From contig OY762825.2 of the NCBI GenBank assembly GCA_963666425.2, positions 512,001-576,000 of the forward strand: a DNA stretch of 64,000 bases, written 5' to 3'. Position 1 is the first letter of the stretch. Each line of letters opens with the position of its first letter. The stretch comes from Bacillota bacterium. GTDB lineage: Bacteria > Bacillota > JAAYKD01. The translations under genes were made by a program, and so were the position numbers. Positions 30,822 through 41,047 of this stretch are shown one piece after another. Under the pieces are notes generated by a model, which was not told the origin of the DNA, searched no databases, and worked only from the letters and a program-made list of their open reading frames with translations.

Positions 30822-31879
30822 TTTCTGTTTCCTTTCCGTATTTGGTGCTGCCCGCGCAATTGACCGCAGGCGGCAAAGATATCGGAACCCATTTCCCGGC
30901 GCAGGGTGACTTCAATGCCCATTTGTTTCAGGAGATCGGCAAAGGCTTGCGTGTTGTCCGGTTTGGAGCGGTATAAGTTGCTTTCCGGCACGGTATTGAG
31001 CGGAATCAGGTTGACATGACAGAGCATGTTGCGCATTTTTTGCACCAGTTCGCGGGCATGTTCCGGTTTGTCGTTGATCGAATCGATTAAGTTATACTCA
31101 AACGTGATGCGGCGCTTGGTGGTATCGCTGTAGACTTTACAGGCGGCCAGCAATTCGTCCAAAGGGTAATGCTTGGCAATCGGCATCAGCTGCTGGCGGA
31201 TGCTGTCATTTGGCGCATGCAGCGAAATGGAGAGGTTGATCGGCAGATCTTCCTGCATCAGGCGTTCAATCTGCGGTGTCAAGCCACAGGTAGAGACGGT
31301 GATATGCCGGTAGCCGATGCCCAAACCCCAGTTGGCGTTGGCAATCTGCAGAAAGCGCAGGACCTGATCGTAATTGTCCAGCGGTTCGCCCATGCCCATC
31401 AGCACCAGATGGCTGATGCGGTCGCCGCCGTCGAGATCGCGCATGACCAAGACTTGGCCCAGCATTTCACCGGCCGATAAATTGCGCCGAAACCCGTTCA
31501 GTCCGGTGGCGCAAAAACGGCAATTCATTTTACAGCCGGCCTGTGTGGAGACGCAAACGGAATTGCCATAGTTATACTTCATTAAAACACTTTCGATCAT
31601 CTCATGATCCCAGAGCGACATCAGCGCTTTTTTGACGGGATCCTGCTTCGATTCGTAATACTCTTCCACAACCGGCATGCCGATTTCGCTGACTTCGGCT
31701 AATTTTTCGCGGAAACTCAAAGAAAAATCGGTCATTTCCGCAAAATCGGCCGCGCCTTTGCCATAAATCCAGCTGCATAATTGACGGGCGCGAAACGGCT
31801 TCTCCCCCATTTGCTGCATGGCGGTTTCCATCTCGGGCAACGTCATCCCTAACCAACGAATTTTTTGTTCACTCTGCAT
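30818..31879 (-). CDS. rlmN: 23S rRNA m2A2503 radical SAM methyltransferase
   Basis: CVSTQAGCKMNCRFCATG, MGMGEP, AACGQL. Confidence 0.95.
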   Translation of the reverse strand: MQSEQKIRWLGMTLPEMETAMQQMGEKPFRARQLCSWIYGKGAADFAEMTDFSLSFREKLAEVSEIGMPVVEEYYESKQDPVKKALMSLWDHEMIESVLMKYNYGNSVCVSTQAGCKMNCRFCATGLNGFRRNLSAGEMLGQVLVMRDLDGGDRISHLVLMGMGEPLDNYDQVLRFLQIANANWGLGIGYRHITVSTCGLTPQIERLMQEDLPINLSISLHAPNDSIRQQLMPIAKHYPLDELLAACKVYSDTTKRRITFEYNLIDSINDKPEHARELVQKMRNMLCHVNLIPLNTVPESNLYRSKPDNTQAFADLLKQMGIEVTLRREMGSDIFAACGQLRGQHQIRKGNRK

Positions 31880-31943
31880 TACAATACCTACTCCTTCAAT
31901 ATTTAACATTTTATAGTATGAGAGGATCACCTCTCCTCGGGGG

Positions 31944-33305
31944 TCATTTCAGATCAGGGAGCGCTGTTGGTTCACTCTTCTTGCTGAGCATGGCCAGAAA
32001 GAAGCCGTCGCCATCAAAATAGTGCGGTAAGATGGTGAAATAACCGGCATTTTCATATCTCTGTTTCGGTCCGCTGATGGTAAACGGAATCAACTCGGCG
32101 GTTGGTTCCTCTGCTAAAAACCACTGGATGTTTTTCTCGTTCTCTTCTTGCTCCAAAGAACAGGTGCTGTAGATGAGGTGGCCGCCCGGTTTCAGACAAG
32201 CGTAAGCGTTTTGCAGCAAAGCGCGCTGTAAGTCCACCAGCGAAGCCAACTGTTCGTAGGTTTTGCTCCAGCGGGCATCCACCTTGCGGCGCAGCACACC
32301 GGTACCGGAGCAGGGGGCGTCCACCAGAATTTTATCAAAATAAGCTGCCTGCGCCAGAGGTTTGGTGCCGTCGTGAACCTTCGCCTCGATGATCGTAGCG
32401 CCGGTACGCCTGGCAGTGGCTGCAATCAAACCAACCCGCTGCTCGTATAAATCGCAGGCGACGATTTCGCCCTGGTTTTGCATCAGCGCGGCCAGATGCG
32501 TTGTTTTGCCGCCGGGAGCCGCGCAGTAATCCAATACCCGTTCGCCTGGTTTTGGCGCTAAGGTTTGGGCAATCAGCATGGCGCCGATGTCTTGAATCAC
32601 CAGATGCCCGTTTTCTATTTCGCCCATCAGATCGCTGATAGGCGCGTTGATTTGGCAGGCTTGCGGTACCGTTTCGTTAAAAATCGCTTCGATGCCATGG
32701 GCGGCAAACCATTGCTGCATGGCTTCCACTGAGCAGCCGAGGGTATTGACGCGGGCAAACAGGTTGGGTGTGAGGTTGTTGGAAGCCAGCAAGTTTTGCG
32801 TTTCTTCTATGCCGAAGCGTTTCAGCCAGCGCTGTATCAGCCAGAGCGGATGAGAATAGGTAATGGCAAGAAAGCCGGCTTTACCTTTTTTGGATTTGAC
32901 CGTCCAATCGGTTTGGGCTGCCGCTTTGTGCAGAATGGCATTGACCATCCCGGCGGCATAGGGGATTTCCTGCTTGACCAGCTCCACCGTTTGATCCACG
33001 GAAGCGTAGGCCGGGATGCGGTCCATATAATGAATTTGATATAAACCGAGCCGCAGGGAAACAAGAACAGAGAGATCCAATTGCGCTAACGGCCGTGTAC
33101 ACCATTTTAACAAAAAGAAATCCAGCCAGGCTTGCCGTTTCACACAGCCGTAAACCAGTTCGGTATAGAGTCCCCGGTCGGCCGGGATCAGCAGTCCGCT
33201 GTTCAAAACAGACGCTGTTTCCAGATTGACGTAGGACCCCTGTGCGATTTTTATGCAGGACTGCAGGGCAGCCTGTCTGGCGCTTAGGGTTTGAGTCGTT
33301 TGCAA
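31944..33305 (-). CDS. rsmB: 16S rRNA m5C967 methyltransferase
   Basis: NusB-like N-domain, CAAPGGKT, DAPCSGTG, YSTCS. Confidence 0.95.
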   Translation of the reverse strand: MQTTQTLSARQAALQSCIKIAQGSYVNLETASVLNSGLLIPADRGLYTELVYGCVKRQAWLDFFLLKWCTRPLAQLDLSVLVSLRLGLYQIHYMDRIPAYASVDQTVELVKQEIPYAAGMVNAILHKAAAQTDWTVKSKKGKAGFLAITYSHPLWLIQRWLKRFGIEETQNLLASNNLTPNLFARVNTLGCSVEAMQQWFAAHGIEAIFNETVPQACQINAPISDLMGEIENGHLVIQDIGAMLIAQTLAPKPGERVLDYCAAPGGKTTHLAALMQNQGEIVACDLYEQRVGLIAATARRTGATIIEAKVHDGTKPLAQAAYFDKILVDAPCSGTGVLRRKVDARWSKTYEQLASLVDLQRALLQNAYACLKPGGHLIYSTCSLEQEENEKNIQWFLAEEPTAELIPFTISGPKQRYENAGYFTILPHYFDGDGFFLAMLSKKSEPTALPDLK

Positions 33306-33365
33306 ATGTTTTCCTCTTTTCTAACCTGTGGAGCAGCGCAAATCCGCTCTCCGAACCTTCTTGCT

Positions 33366-34412
33366 TTAATGTAGTAATTCGCCTTGGATGACTTTATTCC
33401 CTCTGATAAAGGCAGCCGCTGCCATTTTGTTTTTTCCGGCCGGCTGGATTTCGGTCAAGCGCAGCCTGCCGCTGCCGCATTGCACCAGCAAACCATACTG
33501 ATCCGCCTGCAGAATTTCACCGGGCAGAGGCGAGCTGGGTTCGGCTGCGGCGGGTTGAGCTGCGGCGGGCTGAGGCGAACTGGATTCAGCTACGCTAGGT
33601 TGAGCTGAGCTGGATTCAGCTACGCTGGGCTGAGCTGAGCTGGGTTCAACTGTCAGTCTGCTCTGCCAGAGTTTCATGTTTTTACCGCGGAAAAGGCAGA
33701 AGGCTCCCGGTTCAGGATTTAAGCCGCGGATGCGGTTGAAAATTTGTTCCGCACTCTGCTGCCAATTGATTTTCTGGTCTGTCGCAGTGATGGCGGCGGC
33801 ATAGGTAACTTTGCTTTCATCCTGGGGATGCGCCGTGATAGTGTTATTTTCATAACGATCCAGGGTTTCCAGCAGTAGTTTGGCGCCAATTTGTGCCAAT
33901 TTCTCATAGAGGCTGCCCACGGTATCGCTCGCTTCAATGGCGCAGCTTTGCTGCAGCAGCACATCGCCGGCATCCATGGCATGCACCATCAGCATGGTAC
34001 TGACGCCGGTTACCTGATCGCCGTTGAGCATGGCGCGGTGAATCGGTGCGCTGCCCCGATAAGCCGGCAGCAGCGAGGCGTGCAGATTGATGGCGGCCAC
34101 CTTAGCGTGCTGCAGAATCCGATCCGGCAGCAGTTGGCCAAAGGCGGCGGTGATGATGTAATCGGCTTCGCAGGCCAGAATCGGCGCCTGGCTTTGAGCA
34201 GAACGCAATTTTTCCGGTTGGTAGATGGTTTCAATGCCCAGCTGCTGCGCCGCTTGCTTGGTGGCGGACAGACCAAGATGCATACCGCGGCCTTTGGGGC
34301 GGTCGGGTTGGGTGACGACCATCACCACCTGATAAGCGGATTGCACCAGTGCTTTCAATACGGTTGCCGAAAAATCCGGTGTACCCATAAAGATTACACG
34401 TTTTTTACTCAT
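33366..34412 (-). CDS. fmt: Methionyl-tRNA formyltransferase (with short repeat insertion)
   Basis: FMGTPDF, NLHASLLP.YRG.API, MDAGD. Confidence 0.96.
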   Translation of the reverse strand: MSKKRVIFMGTPDFSATVLKALVQSAYQVVMVVTQPDRPKGRGMHLGLSATKQAAQQLGIETIYQPEKLRSAQSQAPILACEADYIITAAFGQLLPDRILQHAKVAAINLHASLLPAYRGSAPIHRAMLNGDQVTGVSTMLMVHAMDAGDVLLQQSCAIEASDTVGSLYEKLAQIGAKLLLETLDRYENNTITAHPQDESKVTYAAAITATDQKINWQQSAEQIFNRIRGLNPEPGAFCLFRGKNMKLWQSRLTVEPSSAQPSVAESSSAQPSVAESSSPQPAAAQPAAAEPSSPLPGEILQADQYGLLVQCGSGRLRLTEIQPAGKNKMAAAAFIRGNKVIQGELLH

Positions 34413-34935
34413 TTTGCGATTCCTTCGCGGTAAGCGGTGGGTCGGCTTGCGGTGCAGTCGCCGATTCGTCCGCAGCTTCGGCATGGGGATCGGTGAAACG
34501 AATCACTTTATCAACAAAAACCTCGCCGAGCAAATGATCCATCTCATGCTGCAGAATGACGGCCAGCCGTCCTTCACCTTCGATGGTGTATTCTTCTCCA
34601 GAGCGGTTTTGTGCTTTCACGGTAACCTTGGCAAAGCGTTTGACTTCGCCCCAGATGCCCGGGAAGCTCAGACAGCCTTCTTCGGTGATGATTTCGCCCT
34701 CGGCAGCAAGCAGGACGGGGTTAATCAGTTCATAGACTTTTTCTTCAAACTCGATGACGATCACCTGTTTGGAAATGCCGACCTGAGGCGCTGCTAAGCC
34801 AACGCCGAAATACTTATGCATCGTGTCCAGCATATCATCCAATAAGCGGATAGTACCGGCGGTGATTTCCTTGATCGGCAGAGCCGGTTTCCTTAAAATG
34901 CTGGCGTCACGGTATCTCATAAAACGAATTGCCAT
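34405..34935 (-). CDS. def: Peptide deformylase
   Basis: GVGLAAPQVG, EGCLS, QHEMDHL. Confidence 0.97.
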   Translation of the reverse strand: MAIRFMRYRDASILRKPALPIKEITAGTIRLLDDMLDTMHKYFGVGLAAPQVGISKQVIVIEFEEKVYELINPVLLAAEGEIITEEGCLSFPGIWGEVKRFAKVTVKAQNRSGEEYTIEGEGRLAVILQHEMDHLLGEVFVDKVIRFTDPHAEAADESATAPQADPPLTAKESQNE

Positions 34936-34979
34936 GGGGTATCTCTCCTTTATTTCTATAAAATAGTAAACTGGAATTG

Positions 34980-36355
34980 GTTACGCGGAACGGTCAAGAC
35001 CGTTCCCTACAATTTACACAATGTGATATCAGCAACACAAAATGATGATGTTACGTTGGGATGGGGTTAGGTTGGGACATCAATTGTTTTCAGCACCAAG
35101 CGATGGAATAATTATAGCACAGCGCAGTAGCAGGATAGCGCAAATGTAGGGAACGGTCTTGACCGTTCCGTACGGTTTAATTACCACCGCGAAATGATGA
35201 AGCCACGCATGGACATCAATTGTTTTCAGTACCAAGCGATGGAATAATTATAGCATATGCAATCGTAGGATAGCGCAAATGTAGGGAACGGTCTTGACCG
35301 TTCCGCACAGTTTAATTACCACCGCAAAATAGTGGAGCTACGTTGGGACATCAATTGTTTTCAGTACCAAGCGATGGAATAATTATAGCATATGCAATCA
35401 TAGGATAGCACAAATGTAGGGAACGGTCTTGACCGTTCCGCACAGTTTAATTACCACCGCAAAATGATTGAGCCACGCAGAGACGGAGTTACGCGGAACG
35501 GTCAAGACCGTTCCGCACAGTTTAATTACCACCGCAAAACGATGGAGCCACGCAGAGACGGAGTTACGCGGAACGGTCAAGACCGTTCCGCACAGTTTAA
35601 TTACCACCGCAAAATGATGAGGTTACGCATGGACATCAATTGTTTTCAGTACCAAGCGATGGAATAATTATAGCACAGCGCAATCGTAGGATGGCGCAAA
35701 TGTAGGGAACGGTCTTGACCGTTCCGCACAGTTTAATTACCACCGCAAAATGATGAAACCAAGCTGGGACGGAGTTACGTTGGGATGGAGTTACGCAGAG
35801 ACGAAGTACGCGGAACGGTCAAGACCGTTCCCTACAATTTACACAATGTTATATCAACACCGAAAAGCAATTGAGCTACGCATGGACATCAATTGTTTTC
35901 AGCACCAAGCGATGGAATAATTATAGCATAGTGCGAAAGCAGGATGGCGCAAATGTAGGGAACGGTCTTGACCGTTCCGCACAGTTTAATTACCACCGCA
36001 AAATAGTGGGGCCACGCTGGGACGGGGTTACGCGGAACGGTCAAGACCGTTCCCTACAATTTACACAATGTTATATCAACACCGGAAAGCAATGGAGTCA
36101 CGCTGGGACGGAGTTACGCGGAACGGTCAAGACCGTTCCCTACAATTTACACAATGTGATATCAGCTACACGAAATGATGATGTTACGTTGGGACGGGGT
36201 TACGCGGAACGGTCAAGACTGTTCCCTACTATTTACACAAAGTAAAATCAACACCGCAAAACGATGAGGTTACGCGGAGACGAAGTACGCAGAGACGGAG
36301 TCACGCGGAACGGTCAAGACCGTTCCCTACAATTTACACAATGTGATATCAGCAA
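34980..36355. repeat. REP cluster G (13 REP-type palindromes) between priA and def
   Basis: 34985, 35146, 35281, 35416, 35493, 35568, 35702, 35810, 35955, 36032, 36118, 36204, 36305; all carry the C stem variant. Confidence 0.93.
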
Positions 36356-36422
36356 CACACTTTCCCTACAGCCACATGGGGTCCAATGTTAAGCCAATTG
36401 CAACACCGCTTTGACACTTTCC

Positions 36423-38792
36423 CTACAGCCACATGGGATCCAATGTCAAGCTCAATTGCAGCGCCGCGGGCAGCGGATTTTTCTGCAGTACCATTTTGAC
36501 ACTTTCCACCAAAACCGGCCGGGTCGGCGCTTCCACTACAATCTGAAAGCGATAACGTTTCTGGATGCAAAACACTCTTGCCTTGGTCGGCCCCATCACT
36601 TCAATTGTGTGATCAAACTGGCTGGCCAAATTTTTCAGCCAGACCTCCGCTGCCGCACCGTCTTCACTGCTGACTAAAATCGTCGCCAAATGGCCGAAAG
36701 GTGGCAGATGATGTTTCTTGCGCTGCTCTATTTCATCCCGATAAAAGGATTTGTAATCGTGTTTACAGACAGCCTGGATGATGGGATGTTCCGGCGAATA
36801 GCTTTGTAAAAAAACCTCGCCCGGAAATTCACCGCGGCCGGCTCGACCGGACACCTGCAGCAGCAGCGAAAACGCATGTTCCCCAGCCAAACCGTCGCTA
36901 TTGCGGATCATGCTGTCGGCCGACAAGATGCCGACGCAGGTGACCAGCGGAAAGTCAAAGCCTTTGGCGACCATCTGCGTGCCAACCAGAATCGCCGCTT
37001 TGGCTTTTTCAAAGCTGCTGACAATGGCGGCGTGGCTGCCTCGCTTGCGGGTACTGTCTCGGTCCATGCGATAGATTGGTACCCCCGGGAATGTTTTTTC
37101 GCACTCCTCCACTACTTTTTCCGTGCCTAGACCAAAGAAACGGAAGTAGGCGGAACCGCAGCGCGGGCAGGTGGGCGGCATATTCTGTTCATAGCCGCAG
37201 AGATGACAGCGCAGTCGCTGCGTATCTCCTTCGTGATGCTGAATGAGAGGTACTTCGCAGTGCGGACATTCTAAAACATAGCCGCAGGAACGGCATAAAC
37301 TCATTCGGTGAAACCCGCGCCGATTGTGAAACAAGATGACCTGTTGATTTTGCGCCAGGGTTTCGCTGATCCGCTGCTTTAAGGCTTCGCTGAAGATGGA
37401 ACGGTTGCCGTTTTTCAGTTCCAACCGCATATCTACCGGAATAATCTGTGGCAGTTGAGCGTCACCGATTCGGTCCTGCATTTCCACCAAGTGGTATTGC
37501 TTCTTTTCCGCCAGATAGTAGCTGGTGACAGCCGGTGTGGCGGAACCGAAAACGACGGCCGCATGATGAAATCTGGCGCGCAGGATGGCTACTTCCCTGG
37601 CGTGATATTTGGGGTCTTCTTCCTGTTTATAGGTCTGCTCATGCTCTTCATCGAGAATGATCAGGCCGATCTTTTCTGCCGGAGCAAAGATCGCGGAGCG
37701 CGCGCCGAGGATAATGCATGTTTCCCCTTTGCGCAGGCGCTGCCAAATTTGCGCCCTTTCTCCCCCGCTTAAACTGCTGTGCCAGATCATCACCCGCTCG
37801 CCGAACCGTTCGCGAAAACGGCTGATCATCTGGGCAGTCAGGGAAATTTCTGGTACCAGCATGATGGCGCTCTTATCGTTCTGCAGCGTTTTGGCTATTG
37901 CCTGCAGGTAAACTTCCGTTTTGCCGCTGCTGGTGACGCCATGGATGAGAATCGGCAGCGGATTTTTCTGTTTCATGGCTTTCAGAACCAATTGCAGCGC
38001 TTGCTGCTGCTGCGCGGTCAGGGTCAGAGCGCTTTGCAGCGGCGTGTCTGCTGTGGGTTCCTGCCAGGTTAAAAACTGCAGTTGCAAGAGTTTTTTTAAG
38101 AAAAGACCGGAGTATTCCGGCCAAGTTTTTACTTCGCTAAAAGGAACCGGTTTTTGATTTTGCAAAAATCTCTGCCAAAGCAGCCTGATTTTACCTCTGC
38201 CCGGTTGATCTTCGCGTTGAATGGCCACCAGCTGACGATATTCCAAAGCGGAATTGAGTTTGATCTGATCGAGATCGGTTAGAAAACCGGCTTCGCGCAA
38301 TTGTTTGACTAATTTCTTGCCAAAGACAGCCGTTATTTTATCTTCCGCAATCGGCTGCTGTGCCTGATCGCACCAGACCAGCGCTTCCTGCATCGCTTCA
38401 CTAAAGGTTTCTTCCGGATCGTTTTCCGCGATCTCGGGATGAAAGTCGAACGAGCGGCTGACTTTGGCTTTGGCGATGGCCGGCAGCACGGCCTGAAAGG
38501 CTGCTGCCCAACTGCAAAGATAGCGGCTGGCCAGCCAATCGATCAGCTGCAGCTGTTCCGCATTCAGAGTCGGTCCGTTTTGGTCGAGCAGCTGACTGAC
38601 CGCGCGCATCTGCACATCCGGTAAGGCGCTGTCTTCTGCTACCACAATTCCCCGGCAGCGGCCGCCCTGCAGCGGGACTTCCACCAAGGAGCCGATGCAG
38701 AGTTTTTCGCTGAGTTCTGGCGGTACAGCATAAGTCAGGCCGCTCTCCAAAGCAGCCACAACCCGATCCAATTTAACACGCACATATTCCAT
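36423..38792 (-). CDS. priA: Primosomal protein N'
   Basis: GVTSSGKTEVY, DEEH, Zn-binding Cys motifs, QVSGRAGR. Confidence 0.96.
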   Translation of the reverse strand: MEYVRVKLDRVVAALESGLTYAVPPELSEKLCIGSLVEVPLQGGRCRGIVVAEDSALPDVQMRAVSQLLDQNGPTLNAEQLQLIDWLASRYLCSWAAAFQAVLPAIAKAKVSRSFDFHPEIAENDPEETFSEAMQEALVWCDQAQQPIAEDKITAVFGKKLVKQLREAGFLTDLDQIKLNSALEYRQLVAIQREDQPGRGKIRLLWQRFLQNQKPVPFSEVKTWPEYSGLFLKKLLQLQFLTWQEPTADTPLQSALTLTAQQQQALQLVLKAMKQKNPLPILIHGVTSSGKTEVYLQAIAKTLQNDKSAIMLVPEISLTAQMISRFRERFGERVMIWHSSLSGGERAQIWQRLRKGETCIILGARSAIFAPAEKIGLIILDEEHEQTYKQEEDPKYHAREVAILRARFHHAAVVFGSATPAVTSYYLAEKKQYHLVEMQDRIGDAQLPQIIPVDMRLELKNGNRSIFSEALKQRISETLAQNQQVILFHNRRGFHRMSLCRSCGYVLECPHCEVPLIQHHEGDTQRLRCHLCGYEQNMPPTCPRCGSAYFRFFGLGTEKVVEECEKTFPGVPIYRMDRDSTRKRGSHAAIVSSFEKAKAAILVGTQMVAKGFDFPLVTCVGILSADSMIRNSDGLAGEHAFSLLLQVSGRAGRGEFPGEVFLQSYSPEHPIIQAVCKHDYKSFYRDEIEQRKKHHLPPFGHLATILVSSEDGAAAEVWLKNLASQFDHTIEVMGPTKARVFCIQKRYRFQIVVEAPTRPVLVESVKMVLQKNPLPAALQLSLTLDPMWL

Positions 38793-39017
38793 CGATTCAA
38801 CTCCATCGTTTGAGAGAATACTCCTGAACCGTCTCATTTTACCTGCTTAAGCCCAAAAATCCTGAGCAAAACTGTCCTGATTGCTCTGATGAACGGATGA
38901 GTACAGCACACTAAATGTACTACGGATTCCCCGAATTGTCAATTCATTTCTAAAGAGCAGCGGCCAAACGCCTGAGACAGAAAAAACCGCAGGGGCTTTG
39001 ACGTCCCTGCGATTTTC

Positions 39018-39635
39018 CTATTTGCGAATCAGGTCTTTGATTTTCATCAGGCGGGTGGTAGAAGCGCGTTCCTGTTCGGAAAGCTTCATGGAAATACTCT
39101 TGATGGCGGTTTCCAACTGCGGGATCAAGACATGTTCCAAGGCGTTGACGCGTCTTCTGGTCCGTTCGATCTCCTCGGCCAGCAATTCTACGGAACGTTC
39201 CATGCCGGCCAGTTTGACCATCAGGGAAAGCACTTCGGAGAAAATACCAAGGCTTGCGTCCAGCTCGCTGGAGGTATTGGCTAAGCCGTAAGCATAGACT
39301 TCGCCTTCCTGATGCAGTTCAAACACCGGAGCCGTCAGGTTGAGCATGCGTTTTTCACTCATGGTCAGGCTGACTTGCTGTTTGGGAAACATGATGGCTT
39401 CTTCCAGCATTTCCGGCGACATCACCGCTCTGGCTACCAGGAAGCTGCGGTAGGCTGTGGTCAGTTTGTCGTCCACTTCCCGACGCAGATCGCGCGCCTG
39501 GCGGGTGAGCGCCAGGAAGGTTTTCATCAGTTCATCGCGTTTGTCCTTCAGGAGCTTATGACCGCGCTTTGCGACGGCTGCTCGTTTTTTTAAGCGCAGC
39601 AGCTCCATGCGGGTGGGGTTAACACGAATTTCCAT
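39018..39635 (-). CDS. ntpD: V-type ATPase subunit D
   Basis: NPTRMEL, GHKLLKDKRD, TRRRVNALE. Confidence 0.95.
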   Translation of the reverse strand: MEIRVNPTRMELLRLKKRAAVAKRGHKLLKDKRDELMKTFLALTRQARDLRREVDDKLTTAYRSFLVARAVMSPEMLEEAIMFPKQQVSLTMSEKRMLNLTAPVFELHQEGEVYAYGLANTSSELDASLGIFSEVLSLMVKLAGMERSVELLAEEIERTRRRVNALEHVLIPQLETAIKSISMKLSEQERASTTRLMKIKDLIRK

Positions 39636-39650
39636 CTTTATTCACCCCGC

Positions 39651-41033
39651 CTAAGCATCGGTGTCTTTGGGCATATACTTGGCAATATGCTCATCACTTA
39701 CTCTCTTCAGTTCTTCTACCGGCAGCAGCGCCAGCAGTTGCCAAGCCAAATCAAGTGTTTCGATGATGCTGCGGCTTTCATGGTCGCCCTGCCGGACAAA
39801 ACGGTTTTCGAATTCATCGGCGAAGCGATAGAAACTCTTATCTGCATCGGAAAGGGCGGCTTCACCCAGGATGACGGCCAGTTCTTTGGCATCTTTGCCG
39901 CGGCTGTAAGCTGCGAACAATTGGTTCAGGACGCCGCTGTGGTCTTCGCGGGTTTTGCCTTTACCGATACCTTTGTCTTTCAAACGGGAAAGAGACGGCA
40001 GCACGTCGATGGGCGGGTAAATGCCTTTGCGGTGCAGTTCGCGTCCTAAGATAATCTGACCTTCGGTAATATAACCGGTTAAGTCAGGGATCGGATGCGT
40101 TTTATCATCTTCCGGCATGGTCAGAATAGGAATCTGGGTTATGGAACCCGGTTTGCCCTGGATTCTGCCGGCGCGTTCGTAAATACTGGATAAGTCGGTG
40201 TAAAGGTAGCCGGGATAACCGCGGCGGCCGGGAACTTCTTTGCGGGCGGCGGAAATTTCACGCAGCGCTTCGGCATAGTTGGTCATATCGGTGAGGATAA
40301 CCAAAACATGCATGCCTTTTTCATAGGCGAGATATTCTGCGGCAGTCAGCGCCATACGCGGAGTAGCAATTCGCTCGATGGTGGGGTCATTGGCCAGGTT
40401 CATGAACAGAACCGCACGGTCGATGGCGCCGGTCTTGCGGAATTCGCTGATGAAGTAATCGGCTTCTTCAAAGGTAATACCCATGGCGGCAAAGACAACG
40501 GCGAAGCCTTCATTGGTGGAAAGCACCTTGGCCTGGCGGGCAATCTGCGCTGCCAGTTGAGCATGCGGTAAGCCGGAAGCCGAGAAAATCGGCAGCTTTT
40601 GGCCACGCACCAGGGTATTCATGCCATCAATGGTGGAAATGCCGGTCTCGATGAATTCGGAAGGATAAGCTCTGGCGTAGGGATTCATCGGGTTGCCGTT
40701 GATATCAACGCGCTTTTCCGGAATGATGTTGGGACCGTTATCAATGGGACGGCCGAAACCGTCAAAAACGCGGCCCAGCATATCCATAGATACGGGGAGC
40801 TCAATGGATTTACCCAGGAAGCGGACTTTGCTTTCACGGATGTTGATGCCGGAGGTGCCTTCAAAAATCTGCACCAGGGCTTTGCCTTCCATGGCTTCTA
40901 GGACTTTGCCGCGGCGAATCTCACCGTTTGGCAGTTCGATTTCCACCAGCTCTTCGTATTTGACTCCCTCTACTCTCTCCACTAACATTAGGGGGCCGGC
41001 TATTTCGGTTATGGTACGGTATTCTTTTTGCAT
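39651..41033 (-). CDS. ntpB: V-type ATPase subunit B
   Basis: [37 protein letters not shown]. Confidence 0.97.
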   Translation of the reverse strand: MQKEYRTITEIAGPLMLVERVEGVKYEELVEIELPNGEIRRGKVLEAMEGKALVQIFEGTSGINIRESKVRFLGKSIELPVSMDMLGRVFDGFGRPIDNGPNIIPEKRVDINGNPMNPYARAYPSEFIETGISTIDGMNTLVRGQKLPIFSASGLPHAQLAAQIARQAKVLSTNEGFAVVFAAMGITFEEADYFISEFRKTGAIDRAVLFMNLANDPTIERIATPRMALTAAEYLAYEKGMHVLVILTDMTNYAEALREISAARKEVPGRRGYPGYLYTDLSSIYERAGRIQGKPGSITQIPILTMPEDDKTHPIPDLTGYITEGQIILGRELHRKGIYPPIDVLPSLSRLKDKGIGKGKTREDHSGVLNQLFAAYSRGKDAKELAVILGEAALSDADKSFYRFADEFENRFVRQGDHESRSIIETLDLAWQLLALLPVEELKRVSDEHIAKYMPKDTDA

Positions 41034-41047
41034 CGTTCTCCCTCCCC

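Noticed and set aside
30818-31879. Cfr-type resistance methyltransferase
   Set aside because: Lies in the canonical rsmB-rlmN-stp-pknB context and has RlmN-like motifs
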